From NCBI GenBank assembly GCA_963702205.1, contig OY969724.1, forward strand, positions 1,952,001 through 2,016,000: 64,000 nt of DNA, given 5' to 3'. A program made the translations under genes and the position numbers. Shown here piece after piece: positions 29,310-40,026 of the stretch (positions are counted from its first letter, which is position 1; each line of letters begins with the position of its first letter). Source of the DNA: an uncultured candidate division Zixibacteria bacterium (lineage in GTDB: Bacteria > Zixibacteria > MSB-5A5 > GN15 > PGXB01). Under the pieces are notes generated by a model. The model saw nothing but the letters and a program-made list of their open reading frames with translations. It made no database searches and was not told where the DNA came from.

Positions 29310-29408
29310 CGGGATCTTTTTCTACACTTCATTTTATAAATTTAGGCTTGATTTTCGGGACTTTCGGTATAAAATGTAAGTTTCTCCTATGGATGGAAAG
29401 GACCGACA

Positions 29409-31193
29409 ATGAATAGGACCCTGAAGAGCTATGTCAATAAGACCTTTTTTCTACTTATCTGTCTTGCCTCATTAAACCAGTGCGCTCCGCCGGGCGGAGG
29501 CAGCGAGGCAAAAGATTCCAACGCGTTTCCGATCGCCTTTATCGGTCATAAAGCCAAAGTCAACTATACCGATTTGCTGGATCGTCTGAATCATAGCGAC
29601 CTTCTTATGCATGGGGGCATACTCGATTCCACCACTTATTTCGATACTCTCCAGAGCATGGTAATAGATTCGGTCGTGTCGGTTTTGTCAAAGACCGTGG
29701 ACTTTCGAAAGGACTTGTCTGCCTACCGTTATTTTATGCAGCGTTATATTCAGTTCTGGAGCCAATACGTTTACCAAAAAGAGGTCCTTGGTGTTTTTCG
29801 GGTCGACTCGTCGGATATAGACAGTTTTTATCATGCCCATGCCGACAATTATACCTATCAGGAACAGGTTCGGGCTCGCCAGATAACGATTTCCGCAAAT
29901 GGTCTTCGCTTTGGCTATGATTCCGTCAAGTATAGAAATTATTCGGAGGATCAACTCGATTCGACGGCTTTGCAGATAATAACCGAAATAAAAAACAGAG
30001 CCGACACCGGTGAAGACTTCGGAACTCTGGCATACGACTATTCCATGCACAAGCAGTCGGGAAAACGCAATGGCGAGCTGGGGTACTTTGTCAAGGGATT
30101 GTACAGCAAGCAGATCGACAGCGTGGCTTTTTCTCTCCCGGTGGGCGAGATTTCCGACCCGTTCAAGGACCGTGACGGCTGGCACATATTCGAGGTTCTG
30201 GATCACATAGACTCGGGGCTGGCGCCTCTGAAGGGGCACGTTTACGAGCAAGCCAAAAACGACTATCTTTATGAAATAACGCAAAGAAGAAGCAAAGAGT
30301 TTATCGATTCTCTGGTGCAAGAAGCTACGTACGTATTCAACGACTCTGCCCTGAACCAGGCCAATTTATATGCCATCCCCGACACGACGTGGTCGGTAAT
30401 TATTAACGGGCGCGATACGGTCGACTTTTTAAGGGTAGGGGATTTGATGGGGCAGTACCATCCTGCCGGCGACCAGGATGAACTCAGTCTGAGCAGCAAA
30501 AAGGAAATCCTGAAGAGCTATTGCAGCAGTTATCTTCTGGCCCAGTATGCGGAGGACAAAAAACTGGATCAGGAGCCCAAAGCGAAAAAGGAACTCGAGG
30601 ATATTCGGCGGGCGGCGGCCCTCAAATTAATCTTCAAGTCGTACCAGGATCCCGATTATATGCCCGACGACAGCGCCATAGAAGATTATTATCAGCGAAA
30701 TATCGATAAATTCACGTTCCCGAAACCCGTCTACGTTCAGCACATCATCGTGCAGGATTCGGTCTTCGGTGAATATCTCCGTGACCTGGCCTTGTCCGGG
30801 ATGGACTTCATGGATCTGGCCGAAGAAAATTATCCGGGCGAACCCGAAATACGCCGGGCGGCGGCCGACCTGGGATATATCGGCCCCGGCGAAATGCCGC
30901 CGGAGTTTTACGACATGGCTCTAAAAACACCCAAAGGCGAAGTGTCTCACCCGGTCAAGACAGAGCTCGGGTATCATATTATCAAAGTCGTCGATAGAAA
31001 AGATGATCGGGACGTCGTCGGTGCCCGCCACGACATCGTGCTGGCTTTGAGAGAAGAACGCAAGCAGACATTGGAAAACAAATGGCGCCACGACATGCTT
31101 AATAAATTCGACGTCAAGTATGACATCTCCAGAATTCCGACTATCCAGCTTCTGCCCAAAGACGTTCGGGATCCCGATGCGGCGGAGAAATAG
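29409..31193 (+). CDS. Exported parvulin-type peptidyl-prolyl isomerase (two rotamase domains)
   Basis: VRARQI...DFGTLAYDYS...GELGYF...GEISDPF...GWHI; QHIIV...DLGYI...GEVSHPVKTELGYHIIKV. Confidence 0.85.
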   Translation: MNRTLKSYVNKTFFLLICLASLNQCAPPGGGSEAKDSNAFPIAFIGHKAKVNYTDLLDRLNHSDLLMHGGILDSTTYFDTLQSMVIDSVVSVLSKTVDFRKDLSAYRYFMQRYIQFWSQYVYQKEVLGVFRVDSSDIDSFYHAHADNYTYQEQVRARQITISANGLRFGYDSVKYRNYSEDQLDSTALQIITEIKNRADTGEDFGTLAYDYSMHKQSGKRNGELGYFVKGLYSKQIDSVAFSLPVGEISDPFKDRDGWHIFEVLDHIDSGLAPLKGHVYEQAKNDYLYEITQRRSKEFIDSLVQEATYVFNDSALNQANLYAIPDTTWSVIINGRDTVDFLRVGDLMGQYHPAGDQDELSLSSKKEILKSYCSSYLLAQYAEDKKLDQEPKAKKELEDIRRAAALKLIFKSYQDPDYMPDDSAIEDYYQRNIDKFTFPKPVYVQHIIVQDSVFGEYLRDLALSGMDFMDLAEENYPGEPEIRRAAADLGYIGPGEMPPEFYDMALKTPKGEVSHPVKTELGYHIIKVVDRKDDRDVVGARHDIVLALREERKQTLENKWRHDMLNKFDVKYDISRIPTIQLLPKDVRDPDAAEK

Positions 31194-31810
31194 TGCCGGA
31201 GCCCATCAATAAAAATATTTCCGTACGGGGAGAAGTGTATCGCAAGCTGACCCATCTTTTCGCCCTTGTCATTCCCGGTTGCTATTATGCCTTCAGCTGG
31301 TCCCGCACGACCATGCTTCTGGTTATGGTGCCGGTGACCATCATTATCGTACTTATGGACATTTCCCGCCTGAAAGGGTGGAAATTTTACGGGCTGTTCC
31401 GGTGGATGGTTTCCAGGATGGTTCGTGACAACGAAAAGAAGGGGAATTTCACTGGGGCTTTTTATATTTTGATTACGTCGTGCATCGCCATCGCGGTTTT
31501 CTCGAAGCCTATCGCGATCGCGGGTCTGGCCTTTATTATGATCGGTGATCCGGCGGCGGTTTTGGTCGGACGCAAATATGGTCGTCACCGTTTCGGGGGT
31601 CATAAATCCATAGAAGGGTCGCTGGCCTTCCTGATAGTCGCCATTCCGGTCGGGCTTCTGGCTCCCGGGCTGCCGACTATGGTCGGTATTGTCGGTGCCG
31701 TCGTCGCGGCCGTGACGGAAGGCCTGTCCGGGCCTATCGACGACAATACGAGCGTCCCTTTAATCTCAGGGACGGTCATGCATATAATGATGCAGACGGG
31801 CCTGTTCTAA
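31193..31810 (+). CDS. CTP-dependent polyprenol/phytol/dolichol/DAG kinase family membrane protein
   Basis: RKLTHL, GDPAAVLVGRKYG, KSIEGS, IDDN. Confidence 0.82.
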   Translation: MPEPINKNISVRGEVYRKLTHLFALVIPGCYYAFSWSRTTMLLVMVPVTIIIVLMDISRLKGWKFYGLFRWMVSRMVRDNEKKGNFTGAFYILITSCIAIAVFSKPIAIAGLAFIMIGDPAAVLVGRKYGRHRFGGHKSIEGSLAFLIVAIPVGLLAPGLPTMVGIVGAVVAAVTEGLSGPIDDNTSVPLISGTVMHIMMQTGLF

Positions 31811-32508
31811 TAATCCCAGGGGAATTTAAAGACTATACCCAGTTGAAAAGAAAAGCCGCTGCCGTCGAAGCTGCTGTCCCAATTTACCTTATCGCCATAA
31901 ATTCCGGTAAAATGATTGTATCCAATCCAGCGGTATGTCGCACCGCCGGTAATAGCCAGTTTATCGTTTAAATGCATCGTCGCTCCCCCGCCGACGTTCA
32001 GACCGTAACCTCGATATTTGGCGTTGGACACAATGTCGCCGGTGGCGCTGGTGGCGGCGTCGTCAACCTCCAGCCACGGAATACAAAGGCCGATCATAAG
32101 ATACGGCTGTGTCGTTGAGCGCGGAACAAAATGATACTTCAGGTCAATATTAGCCATATTCAAGACGGCGTCGCGCGGCACATCATTGACGGTGGCGTCG
32201 TGTGTTGTTCGCAGGTAGTTTACTTCGAGCGCCGCCTGGCTGAATTTAATCCCACCACCGAATCCGAAGCCTGCACCGGCGTCGATGTCAGGGATGTATA
32301 TCCGGCGTTGCAGCAGGGAATATTGAAGATAGGTCTCATCTTTAAAATCCCCATTAACGGAATTGAACGGCACATAAAAGGCCAGATAAAAGCCCCGGTC
32401 GGAAATTCTGGTCCGGCGCTGAAGAGCCGAGGCGGTCGAGGCGGCCGATATTATCATGACGGCGGCCAGAAGGAGTACGGGAATGGTTTTCGGCAGACGG
32501 AAAGTCAT
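31807..32508 (-). CDS. Outer-membrane beta-barrel protein (OmpA/OmpW-like)
   Basis: Signal peptide; DLKYHF...PYLMIG; GLNVGGG; terminal aromatic strand. Confidence 0.8.
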   Translation of the reverse strand: MTFRLPKTIPVLLLAAVMIISAASTASALQRRTRISDRGFYLAFYVPFNSVNGDFKDETYLQYSLLQRRIYIPDIDAGAGFGFGGGIKFSQAALEVNYLRTTHDATVNDVPRDAVLNMANIDLKYHFVPRSTTQPYLMIGLCIPWLEVDDAATSATGDIVSNAKYRGYGLNVGGGATMHLNDKLAITGGATYRWIGYNHFTGIYGDKVNWDSSFDGSGFSFQLGIVFKFPWDY

Positions 32509-32637
32509 TGCTCTGCTCCTTATTAAATGTAATATTTTGTCAAGTTACTCTGTATTATTATACCCGCAAAGGTCCCAGCGAGCAATTCCAATATTATAAA
32601 TATGGCTAATACCTCGTAAATCTTTATATTAAATGAC

Positions 32638-33669
32638 ATGAAAATAATAGATTTAAGATCGGATACGGTTACCAAACCGTCGGAGGCGATGCGCCGCGCC
32701 ATCGCCTCAGCCGAGGTCGGGGACGACGTTTTCGGCGATGATCCAACCGTCAATAGGCTGGAAAAATACGTGGCGGAGCTGTTCGGGGTGGAGGCGGCGC
32801 TCTATGCTCCATCGGGAACCATGACCAACCAGCTGGCGCTCAAAACCCTGTCCCAGCCGGGCTGGGAACTGCTGTGTGACCGGGACTGCCATGTAATTAA
32901 CTATGAAGTCGCGGGTCCGGCGATTTTATCGCATTTGCTCGTCCATATGATAGATACCGAACGAGGCGTCATTACCGCCGAAGAAGTTGAAAAGAGAATC
33001 AGGCCGCTGAATATTCATTCACCTCTGACGAAAATTATCGAAGTTGAGAACACGCACAACCGCCACGGCGGGACAATCTTCCCGCTGGAGGAAATGAAGA
33101 AGATTCGTCGGGTGGCCGATAAGCACGGTCTTTTCATGCACCTCGATGGGGCTCGGTTGTGGAACGCCCACGTCGCGACCGGTATCGCCCTGGCCGACTG
33201 GGTAAAGCCGTTCGATTCGGTGTCGGTATGTTTCTCCAAAGGCCTCGGGGCGCCGGTCGGCTCTGCGGTTTTGGGCAGCAAGGAGTTTATTGAACGGGCC
33301 CGTCGGACCCGCAAGCTGTTCGGCGGCGGGATGCGTCAGGCGGGGCTCCTCGCGGCGGCGGCGCTGTATGCGCTCGAACACAATATTCTGCGACTGGCCG
33401 ATGATCATGCCAATGCCAAAGCGCTGGCCGAAGGATTAAGCAAAATAGATGGATTCGAAATTGATATGTCCCGGGTCGAAACTAATATTATTCTGGTCGA
33501 TATCGACAAAACCGGCAAGACTTCAATGGAATGGCAGGCGATTCTCAAAGAGCATGGCATTCTTTGCGCACCGTTCGGCCCGACCAGAATCAGGCTGGTA
33601 ACACACTTGGATGTTTCTAATGCAGATTGTCTTGAAGCGGTGAAACGAATAGAGAGCATCAGCTGGTAG
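32638..33669 (+). CDS. ltaE: Low-specificity L-threonine aldolase
   Basis: DLRSDTVT, GDDVFGDDPTV, ENTHN, HLDGAR, SKGLGAPVGS, GGGMRQ. Confidence 0.95.
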   Translation: MKIIDLRSDTVTKPSEAMRRAIASAEVGDDVFGDDPTVNRLEKYVAELFGVEAALYAPSGTMTNQLALKTLSQPGWELLCDRDCHVINYEVAGPAILSHLLVHMIDTERGVITAEEVEKRIRPLNIHSPLTKIIEVENTHNRHGGTIFPLEEMKKIRRVADKHGLFMHLDGARLWNAHVATGIALADWVKPFDSVSVCFSKGLGAPVGSAVLGSKEFIERARRTRKLFGGGMRQAGLLAAAALYALEHNILRLADDHANAKALAEGLSKIDGFEIDMSRVETNIILVDIDKTGKTSMEWQAILKEHGILCAPFGPTRIRLVTHLDVSNADCLEAVKRIESISW

Positions 33670-33679
33670 CGAGATTAAT

Positions 33680-34024
33680 ATGAATGGTACGCCTAAAATT
33701 TCGTGGGATGATTTCGAGAAAGTCGATATACGAGTCGGGACAATAGTGGAAGCCGGAATATTGGAAAGTGCCAAAAGGCCGGCTTATAAACTTCGAGTTG
33801 ATTTCGGAGATTTGGGTATAAAGCAGTCGAGCGCCCAGATTACAGTTTTATATTCCCCGCAAGAGCTTGTGGGTAAACAGGTTGTGGCGGTCGTCAATTT
33901 TCCGCCCAAGCGGATAGGCGGATTCATATCAGAAGTTTTGGTAACCGGTTTTAAATCTGATAGCGGGGCGGTGGTCCTGGCGGTCCCGGATCAAATAGTC
34001 CCCAATGGCCACAAATTATTCTAA
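33680..34024 (+). CDS. csaA: tRNA-binding protein / secretion chaperone CsaA
   Basis: DIRVGTI, PAYKLRVDFG, SSAQIT, VNFPPKRIG..SEVLVTG. Confidence 0.9.
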   Translation: MNGTPKISWDDFEKVDIRVGTIVEAGILESAKRPAYKLRVDFGDLGIKQSSAQITVLYSPQELVGKQVVAVVNFPPKRIGGFISEVLVTGFKSDSGAVVLAVPDQIVPNGHKLF

Positions 34025-34030
34025 CAGGGT

Positions 34031-34801
34031 TTGCCGATGAAGTTGACCATTCTCGGTTCTGCATCGGGGTACCCGACGTTTAGAAGGACAAGTTCCGGAT
34101 ATGTATTGGATATTGACGGTCGACTAATCCTGCTCGATTGCGGCAGCGGTGTGACACGGGCTTTCCTGCAAGCCGGACTTGCTCCTGAAAGAGTAAGCAC
34201 GATAATTATAACCCATACTGATCCCGATCATATTTCTGATCTGCCGCAATACGTACAAATGCTGAAACTGAGCCGCAAGACGGGGAAGCTCGATGTTTAT
34301 GTCCCCGGAGAAGCCATCTCTCCGATAAACAATTATCTTAACGCCTGCTATCTGTTTCGTGAAAAACTCCCATTTGTTTTGGCACTGAACCCAATCGAAG
34401 ATTCGTGGCGGATTGAAGAAATTGACATGACGGTCAGGAGTATTCCGAACCGACATCTGTCCGGAAATACCGGAATCATTAAGCAATTCGGATATCCCAA
34501 TAAAATGCAGAGCTATTCGTACTTGATAGAATATGAGAACAAGAGATTCTTTTACTCAGGCGATATAAAGTCTTTTGACGAAATCGGCGCTCATCTGCAC
34601 GACCTCGATCTTCTCCTGATCGAAACGAGCCATATTGATTTGGAAAACTGCTGTGAGGCTTTATCTGACAAAAATATAAAGAAAATAATCCTGACTCATA
34701 TAGCCGATGACAAGGAATCAGAGTTGAATAATTTGGCGACCCAAAATAAATACGCGTTGAATTTAACCATCGCACGTGACGGGAGTTCTATCGAAATTTA
34801 A
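34031..34801 (+). CDS. Metallo-beta-lactamase-fold hydrolase, RNase Z-like
   Basis: LTILGS, LLDCGSG, THTDPDH (variant HxHxDH), YSGD, ILTH; likely start ATG 34037. Confidence 0.8.
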   Translation: MPMKLTILGSASGYPTFRRTSSGYVLDIDGRLILLDCGSGVTRAFLQAGLAPERVSTIIITHTDPDHISDLPQYVQMLKLSRKTGKLDVYVPGEAISPINNYLNACYLFREKLPFVLALNPIEDSWRIEEIDMTVRSIPNRHLSGNTGIIKQFGYPNKMQSYSYLIEYENKRFFYSGDIKSFDEIGAHLHDLDLLLIETSHIDLENCCEALSDKNIKKIILTHIADDKESELNNLATQNKYALNLTIARDGSSIEI

Positions 34802-35210
34802 TGGCGTTTTGATATTTGCGACGCCAGGCGTCGCCTACTTTACGGTCTTCGGTTAACATATGATTCACCAACCAGCCTTTTAGGAAATTCATGAATTTGG
34901 TCGAATCAATTTCCTCATCGCTTTTGGACCTCAAACGGTATTCGATAGCGCGATTTTCAATGTCAAGATGATGGCAACGGTGATCTTCAAAACCCTCAAA
35001 GCCGATTTCCCGCATTACCTTTTCTTCATCGCGAAAATGATATTTTGCGTATTCGACAAGTTCTTCCAGAATTCCGCCAAGCTGTTCTTTTTCCTTCTTC
35101 AAAGACAAAGCCGTGTGATAGCGGTTGATAATATCGACCAGTGTTTTATGCTGGATGTCGACGGTCGTGATATTTATACAGAATTCTTCACGCCACTTTA
35201 TTAACGACAT
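34788..35210 (-). CDS. Bacteriohemerythrin
   Basis: DIQHK, HFRDEE, HRCHH, WLVNHMLTED. Confidence 0.93.
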   Translation of the reverse strand: MSLIKWREEFCINITTVDIQHKTLVDIINRYHTALSLKKEKEQLGGILEELVEYAKYHFRDEEKVMREIGFEGFEDHRCHHLDIENRAIEYRLRSKSDEEIDSTKFMNFLKGWLVNHMLTEDRKVGDAWRRKYQNAIKFR

Positions 35211-35360
35211 ATTAGCCCCTGATATATTGTTTCCGAAGTGCTATTCTGGTTATCGACATTATTTCGGTATAATAAAGGCTCGGCGGCAAAATAGGCCAAT
35301 ATTTGTCATATGGACCGCTATTTTTGGACCTAATCCATTCATTTTAGTAAAGTTATATTT

Positions 35361-35420
35361 TTAATTATGGAAATAATCCATAGTTAATGCTTGACAAATA
35401 AGGTCAATGATCCGTAAAAT
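35361..35420 (+). promoter_or_regulatory. sdh promoter with two dyad (operator-like) sites
   Basis: TTAATTATGGA-AATAA-TCCATAGTTAA; TTGAC-N7-GTCAA overlapping TTGACA-18-TAAAAT. Confidence 0.55.
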
Positions 35421-35480
35421 TTGGGATTATTTTTTAATTATATTTTGCTGAAAACTGGACCTTTTTTAAGGAGTCCCGAT

Positions 35481-35855
35481 ATGGTCGAAAAAGCTCATAA
35501 CCAGAGTATTATAAGCTGGTTTTTGCAAAGGATTTCCGGGCTGTTCCTCGCATTTTTCCTGATAACGCACCTGAACGTCCAACACCTTTTCCATAATATC
35601 GCCACGGAAGGCATCATAGATTTTTCATCGGTGCAGGCGAATTTGACGTCGTCCATATGGTGGCAGGCTTATTATTTTCTGTTCGTGCCGATGATTGCCT
35701 TTCACGCGATGAACGGACTCTGGGCCATAATTGCCGACTACCGTCCGTCGGGCAGCACAGCCCTAATTCTGAAGGCGGTTTTCTGGGTTCTGGGATTTGC
35801 TCTCACCACGGTCGGTGCTTTGACTCTTATCAATCTTTTCGGAGGGGGGCAATAA
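35481..35855 (+). CDS. sdhD: Succinate dehydrogenase membrane anchor subunit
   Basis: WFLQRISG, ITH, FHAMNGLWAIIADY; SD AAGGAG. Confidence 0.85.
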   Translation: MVEKAHNQSIISWFLQRISGLFLAFFLITHLNVQHLFHNIATEGIIDFSSVQANLTSSIWWQAYYFLFVPMIAFHAMNGLWAIIADYRPSGSTALILKAVFWVLGFALTTVGALTLINLFGGGQ

Positions 35856-36265
35856 TGGCACAAGAGAAAAGACTCGGAGGAACCGTCGCCGATATCGGTC
35901 TGAACAAAAACATCGGCAATTTTTCATACTGGATTCACCGCATCAGCGGCGTGGGGCTGGCCGTTTACCTGTTGATGCACACGTACGTTTTATCGTCGGC
36001 CATCACCAGCCCGAAAGCGTTCAACCAGCGCATGGGCCAGGTGCAGAGCCCGTTTTTTGCGGTTCTTGAAATCTTGCTCATCGCCGGGGTTCTGGTGCAC
36101 ATGCTCAATGGCTTGAGAATTACTTTCTCCGATTTCTTCGGCTGGTCGCGTTCGCACAAGCCTCTGTTCTGGGCGGCGGTCGTGCTGTTCGCGCTGATGA
36201 TGATTTTTGTCATCTACCTGCAGCTTCCCAAGTTCAACCCTCAAAATTACACGATGGGAGGCTGA
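35855..36265 (+). CDS. sdhC: Succinate dehydrogenase cytochrome b subunit
   Basis: [24 protein letters not shown] coupling. Confidence 0.88.
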   Translation: MAQEKRLGGTVADIGLNKNIGNFSYWIHRISGVGLAVYLLMHTYVLSSAITSPKAFNQRMGQVQSPFFAVLEILLIAGVLVHMLNGLRITFSDFFGWSRSHKPLFWAAVVLFALMMIFVIYLQLPKFNPQNYTMGG

Positions 36266-36267
36266 GC

Positions 36268-37971
36268 ATGAAATTTTATGATATCGTCATAGTCGGTGGC
36301 GGTCTGGCGGGTCTTCGGGCGGCCATCGCGGCGCACGATGCCGGGGCCAATGTGGGGTTAATATCGAAAATCCACCCGGTGCGGTCTCACAGCGGTGCGG
36401 CCCAGGGCGGAATCAACGCGGCGTTGGGGAATCACCCCGACGGCCACGACGATACCCCGGAACGGCACGCTTACGATACCGTCAAAGGTTCCGATTACCT
36501 GGCCGATCAAGATACGGTCGAAGCCATGGCCAATATGGCTCCGGGCATTATAATCGAAATGGAGCACTGGGGCTGCCCGTTCGACCGTTTTGAAAACGGA
36601 AAAATCGCACAGCGCCCGTTCGGAGGCGCCGGATTCCCGCGTACATGTTACGGGGCCGATCGAACCGGGCTGTATTTGCTGCATACGTGTTATGAGCAAG
36701 TCATCAAGCGCGGCATTGACGTCATGTATGAGTTGTTCGTGACGAAACTGGTTGTCGGCGAAAATCGGTGCACGGGTGTGGTCGGCATGAACCTTCATAC
36801 CGGTGAGTTCGAAGCGGTCGGCGGCAAGGCGGTGATTTTCGCCACCGGCGGTTCGGGACGCATATATTCTCACAATACGACCAACGCGCACGCCTCGACC
36901 GGCCTTGGGGTGGCGATACCGTACTGGGCCGGAGTTCCGCTCAAAGACATGGAGTTCATCCAATTTCACCCGACCGGTCTGGACGGGTCCTCGATTCTTA
37001 TGACCGAGGGGTGTCGCGGCGAAGGCGGATACCTTTCGAACAATACCGGTGAGCGGTTCATGAAAAACTACGTTTCCGAGAAGATCATGGAACTGGCTCC
37101 GAGAGATATTGTCGCGCGATCGATTCAAACTGAAATCAATGAAGGCCGGGGCTTCGAGGATCGTTATGTGCATCTCGACCTGCGGCATCTCGGAGCGCAG
37201 AAGATTATGGAGCGTCTGCCGGGAATTCGTGAAATCTGCCTAAAATTCAAGAACATCGATCCGATCAACGAACCGATTCCGATTCAACCGGCCATGCACT
37301 ATACGATGGGCGGCATCGACTGCAACGGCGATGGGGCCACGTCGCTCGACGGATTCTACGCCGCCGGTGAATGTTCCTGTGTTTCGGTGCATGGAGCCAA
37401 CCGCCTTGGCGGCAATTCTCTTTTGGAGACGATCGTCTTCGGGGCGAGGGTCGGAAAGGTCATGGTCGATGATGTCAAAAGTGTTTCCGGCGGAGCCGAA
37501 GAGACCTCGCTGAACAAAGCACTCAAAGAGGAGCAGGATAGGTTCCAGATGCTTCGTTCAGCCGATGGCAAAGAGAACCCGTACGATATAAAAAACGAAC
37601 TCTCGCGCGTCATGTTCGACAAGGTCGGGATTTTCCGCAACGAGACGGATATGGCGAAAGCGGTTTCCGAGATTAAAATGCTCAAAGAGCGTTACAAGAA
37701 AATCAGGGCAATACCCGATACGGGCAAGTTCAATTACGATTTTCTGTGGGTGACGGAAATCGCGGGCAATCTGGATACGGCTCTGACGGTTGCCACGGGC
37801 GGGCACAACCGCACCGAGTCGCGCGGAGCGCACTATCGTATCGATTTCCCCAAGCGCCTCGACGATCAATGGCTGAAACATTCCATATTCAAATATACCA
37901 CCGATGGCCCGGCCATTTCCTATAAGGATGTGACCATGACGAAATTCCAGCCTGAAGAAAGGAAATACTGA
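36268..37971 (+). CDS. sdhA: Succinate dehydrogenase/fumarate reductase flavoprotein
   Basis: [50 protein letters not shown]. Confidence 0.95.
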   Translation: MKFYDIVIVGGGLAGLRAAIAAHDAGANVGLISKIHPVRSHSGAAQGGINAALGNHPDGHDDTPERHAYDTVKGSDYLADQDTVEAMANMAPGIIIEMEHWGCPFDRFENGKIAQRPFGGAGFPRTCYGADRTGLYLLHTCYEQVIKRGIDVMYELFVTKLVVGENRCTGVVGMNLHTGEFEAVGGKAVIFATGGSGRIYSHNTTNAHASTGLGVAIPYWAGVPLKDMEFIQFHPTGLDGSSILMTEGCRGEGGYLSNNTGERFMKNYVSEKIMELAPRDIVARSIQTEINEGRGFEDRYVHLDLRHLGAQKIMERLPGIREICLKFKNIDPINEPIPIQPAMHYTMGGIDCNGDGATSLDGFYAAGECSCVSVHGANRLGGNSLLETIVFGARVGKVMVDDVKSVSGGAEETSLNKALKEEQDRFQMLRSADGKENPYDIKNELSRVMFDKVGIFRNETDMAKAVSEIKMLKERYKKIRAIPDTGKFNYDFLWVTEIAGNLDTALTVATGGHNRTESRGAHYRIDFPKRLDDQWLKHSIFKYTTDGPAISYKDVTMTKFQPEERKY

Positions 37972-38690
37972 TGCCAATCTTCAAGGTTCTCAAATACAAT
38001 CCCAAAGACGGCAGCGAACCGTATTTCAAGGAATTCGAAGTCCCGACCCACAAGGGCATGACCGTCCTCGAAGGGCTGTACTATATACTCGAACAGAAAG
38101 ACCCGACCCTGGCTTTCCGGTCTTCGTGCCGTCAGGGCGTCTGCGGTTCATGCGCGATGCACGTCAACGGCATGTATCGCCTGGCCTGCGAAACGCAGAT
38201 CGCGGCGATGGGTGACACGGTGACGGTGCGACCGCTGGCTCATATGAAAGTCATCCGCGACCTTGTGGTCGACATGGCACCGTTTTTCCGCCAGTACGAG
38301 GCGATCAAGCCGTACCTTATACCCGCCGAGGAACCGGGCGAAAAAGAATATTTGCAAACGCCGAAAGAGCGGGCCCGCCTGACTCATCACGTCGACTGCA
38401 TTTTGTGCTCAGCCTGTTACGGCTCTTGCCCGGTGGTGGCGACCGACGAAAGATATCTCGGCCCGCACGCGCTGTTGAAGGCGCTGCGGTTTGTCGAGGA
38501 CAGCCGCGACGGCGCCACCAACGAACGGCTGGCGTATGTGGCGTCCGATACCGGCGTTTTCCGGTGTCATACGATTTTCAACTGCCAGCAGGTTTGCCCG
38601 AAAGACCTCGACCCGACCGGGGCGATCGGCAAGCTCAAGATGAAAGCCTTCTGGGCCAAGCTCAAAGGCAAGCTGCCGAAGACGGGATAG
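37971..38690 (+). CDS. sdhB: Succinate dehydrogenase iron-sulfur subunit
   Basis: SCRQGVCGSC, CILCSACYGSCP, CHTIFNCQQVCP. Confidence 0.95.
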   Translation: MPIFKVLKYNPKDGSEPYFKEFEVPTHKGMTVLEGLYYILEQKDPTLAFRSSCRQGVCGSCAMHVNGMYRLACETQIAAMGDTVTVRPLAHMKVIRDLVVDMAPFFRQYEAIKPYLIPAEEPGEKEYLQTPKERARLTHHVDCILCSACYGSCPVVATDERYLGPHALLKALRFVEDSRDGATNERLAYVASDTGVFRCHTIFNCQQVCPKDLDPTGAIGKLKMKAFWAKLKGKLPKTG

Positions 38691-38705
38691 GTCCAGTATT
38701 TTTAA

Positions 38706-38731
38706 AAAGGGAGCCGAGCAGGCTCCCTTTA
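38706..38731 (+). terminator. Terminator-like hairpin after sdhB
   Basis: AAAGGGAGCC-GAGCA-GGCTCCCTTT. Confidence 0.7.
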
Positions 38732-38835
38732 TCAGTTTGGCGTCCAATCCGATAATTATTGACAAAACCGGTGCATCCCGTAGATTGAGCCCGTTGTAGA
38801 AATCAGTCGCTTTAATATATGAGGATTCAACAGGC

Positions 38836-40026
38836 ATGAGACTTTATGAATTCGAAGGTAAACGGCTTTTCAAGAAGTTTAAGATACCGATCCCCGAAGG
38901 TCGTCTGGCCGCGACACCCGACGAGGCCGCCGCATTCGCTAACGAGCTTGCTGGTCCGGTGGTGCTTAAGTCGCAGGTTCTTACCGGCGGCCGGGGCAAG
39001 GCCGGGGGCATAAAGGTTGTCGATAGACCGGGCGATGTTAAAAAGACCGCCGAGCAGCTTTTTGGTCTGACCATCAAGAGCTTCCCGGTCGAGAAGATTT
39101 TGGTCGAGCCGAAACTGAACATTCAGAGAGAGTTGTATGTCGGCGTGACGATAGACCGGGTCAATTACAAGTTGGTTGTCATCGCTTCCGGTGAGGGCGG
39201 GGTGGATATTGAAGAAACGGCTGAAAAACATCCGGACAAGATCGTCCGCCATTCGCTTGATATAGATCAGGAGCTGTACGCTTTCGATGCTATACAAATC
39301 GCCAAGAAGATCGGGATCGCGTCGGAGATGGCCAAAAACGCCGCACCGATAATTATCGGGCTGTTCAGGCTGTTTAAAGCGTACGATGCCAAGCTGGCCG
39401 AAATAAATCCACTGGTGATCACCGACAATGGTGCACTAATCGCCGCCGACAGTCGTATCTCGCTCGACGACGACGCCGCGTTCCGGCATCCCGACCTGGC
39501 CGAATTGGGGATCGAGAAACGTCACGAAGAGGGTGAGATGACCGAGCGCGAACAGCAGGCGACCGAGTGGGGGATACCGTATCTTGACCTCGACGGTGAC
39601 ATCGGCATGTTTCCCGGCGGAGCGGGATTCGGGATTATGGGCAACGATTTCATTCACTACTATGGCGGTCGTCCGGCCAATTTCATGGATTCCGGCGGCG
39701 GGCCGACTCCGGAGCGTCTGGCCAGGATGCTGGTGCTGCTCGACGAGAACCCCAACGTCAAGGCGATTTTTGGGGCGCGGTTCGGAGGAATTTCGAGATG
39801 CGACGATTTCGCCAAAGGCGTCATCATGTTTCTCAATATTCACGGTCTTTCCAAGCCGATGGTTTGCCGCATGACCGGCAATATGTGGCAAGAAGGCGTG
39901 CGGTTGTTCGACGAAGCCAAGAAAGAAAGTCCCGGGCTTTTTACGAATTTTGAATTTCACGGCATCGAAACCCCGATCGAAGAAATATCTCAACGGGCGG
40001 TGGAACTGGCGAAAGGGGGCAAGTGA
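38836..40026 (+). CDS. sucC: Succinyl-CoA synthetase beta-subunit family (divergent)
   Basis: MRLYEFEGK, GGRGKAGG, AEINPL, PANFMDSGGG, FGGISRCD. Confidence 0.8.
   Translation: MRLYEFEGKRLFKKFKIPIPEGRLAATPDEAAAFANELAGPVVLKSQVLTGGRGKAGGIKVVDRPGDVKKTAEQLFGLTIKSFPVEKILVEPKLNIQRELYVGVTIDRVNYKLVVIASGEGGVDIEETAEKHPDKIVRHSLDIDQELYAFDAIQIAKKIGIASEMAKNAAPIIIGLFRLFKAYDAKLAEINPLVITDNGALIAADSRISLDDDAAFRHPDLAELGIEKRHEEGEMTEREQQATEWGIPYLDLDGDIGMFPGGAGFGIMGNDFIHYYGGRPANFMDSGGGPTPERLARMLVLLDENPNVKAIFGARFGGISRCDDFAKGVIMFLNIHGLSKPMVCRMTGNMWQEGVRLFDEAKKESPGLFTNFEFHGIETPIEEISQRAVELAKGGK

Noticed and set aside
35250..35276. sigma28-like GTCGATAA upstream of hemerythrin (also TCCGATAT at 42487)
   Set aside because: -35 element poorly matched; too weak to call
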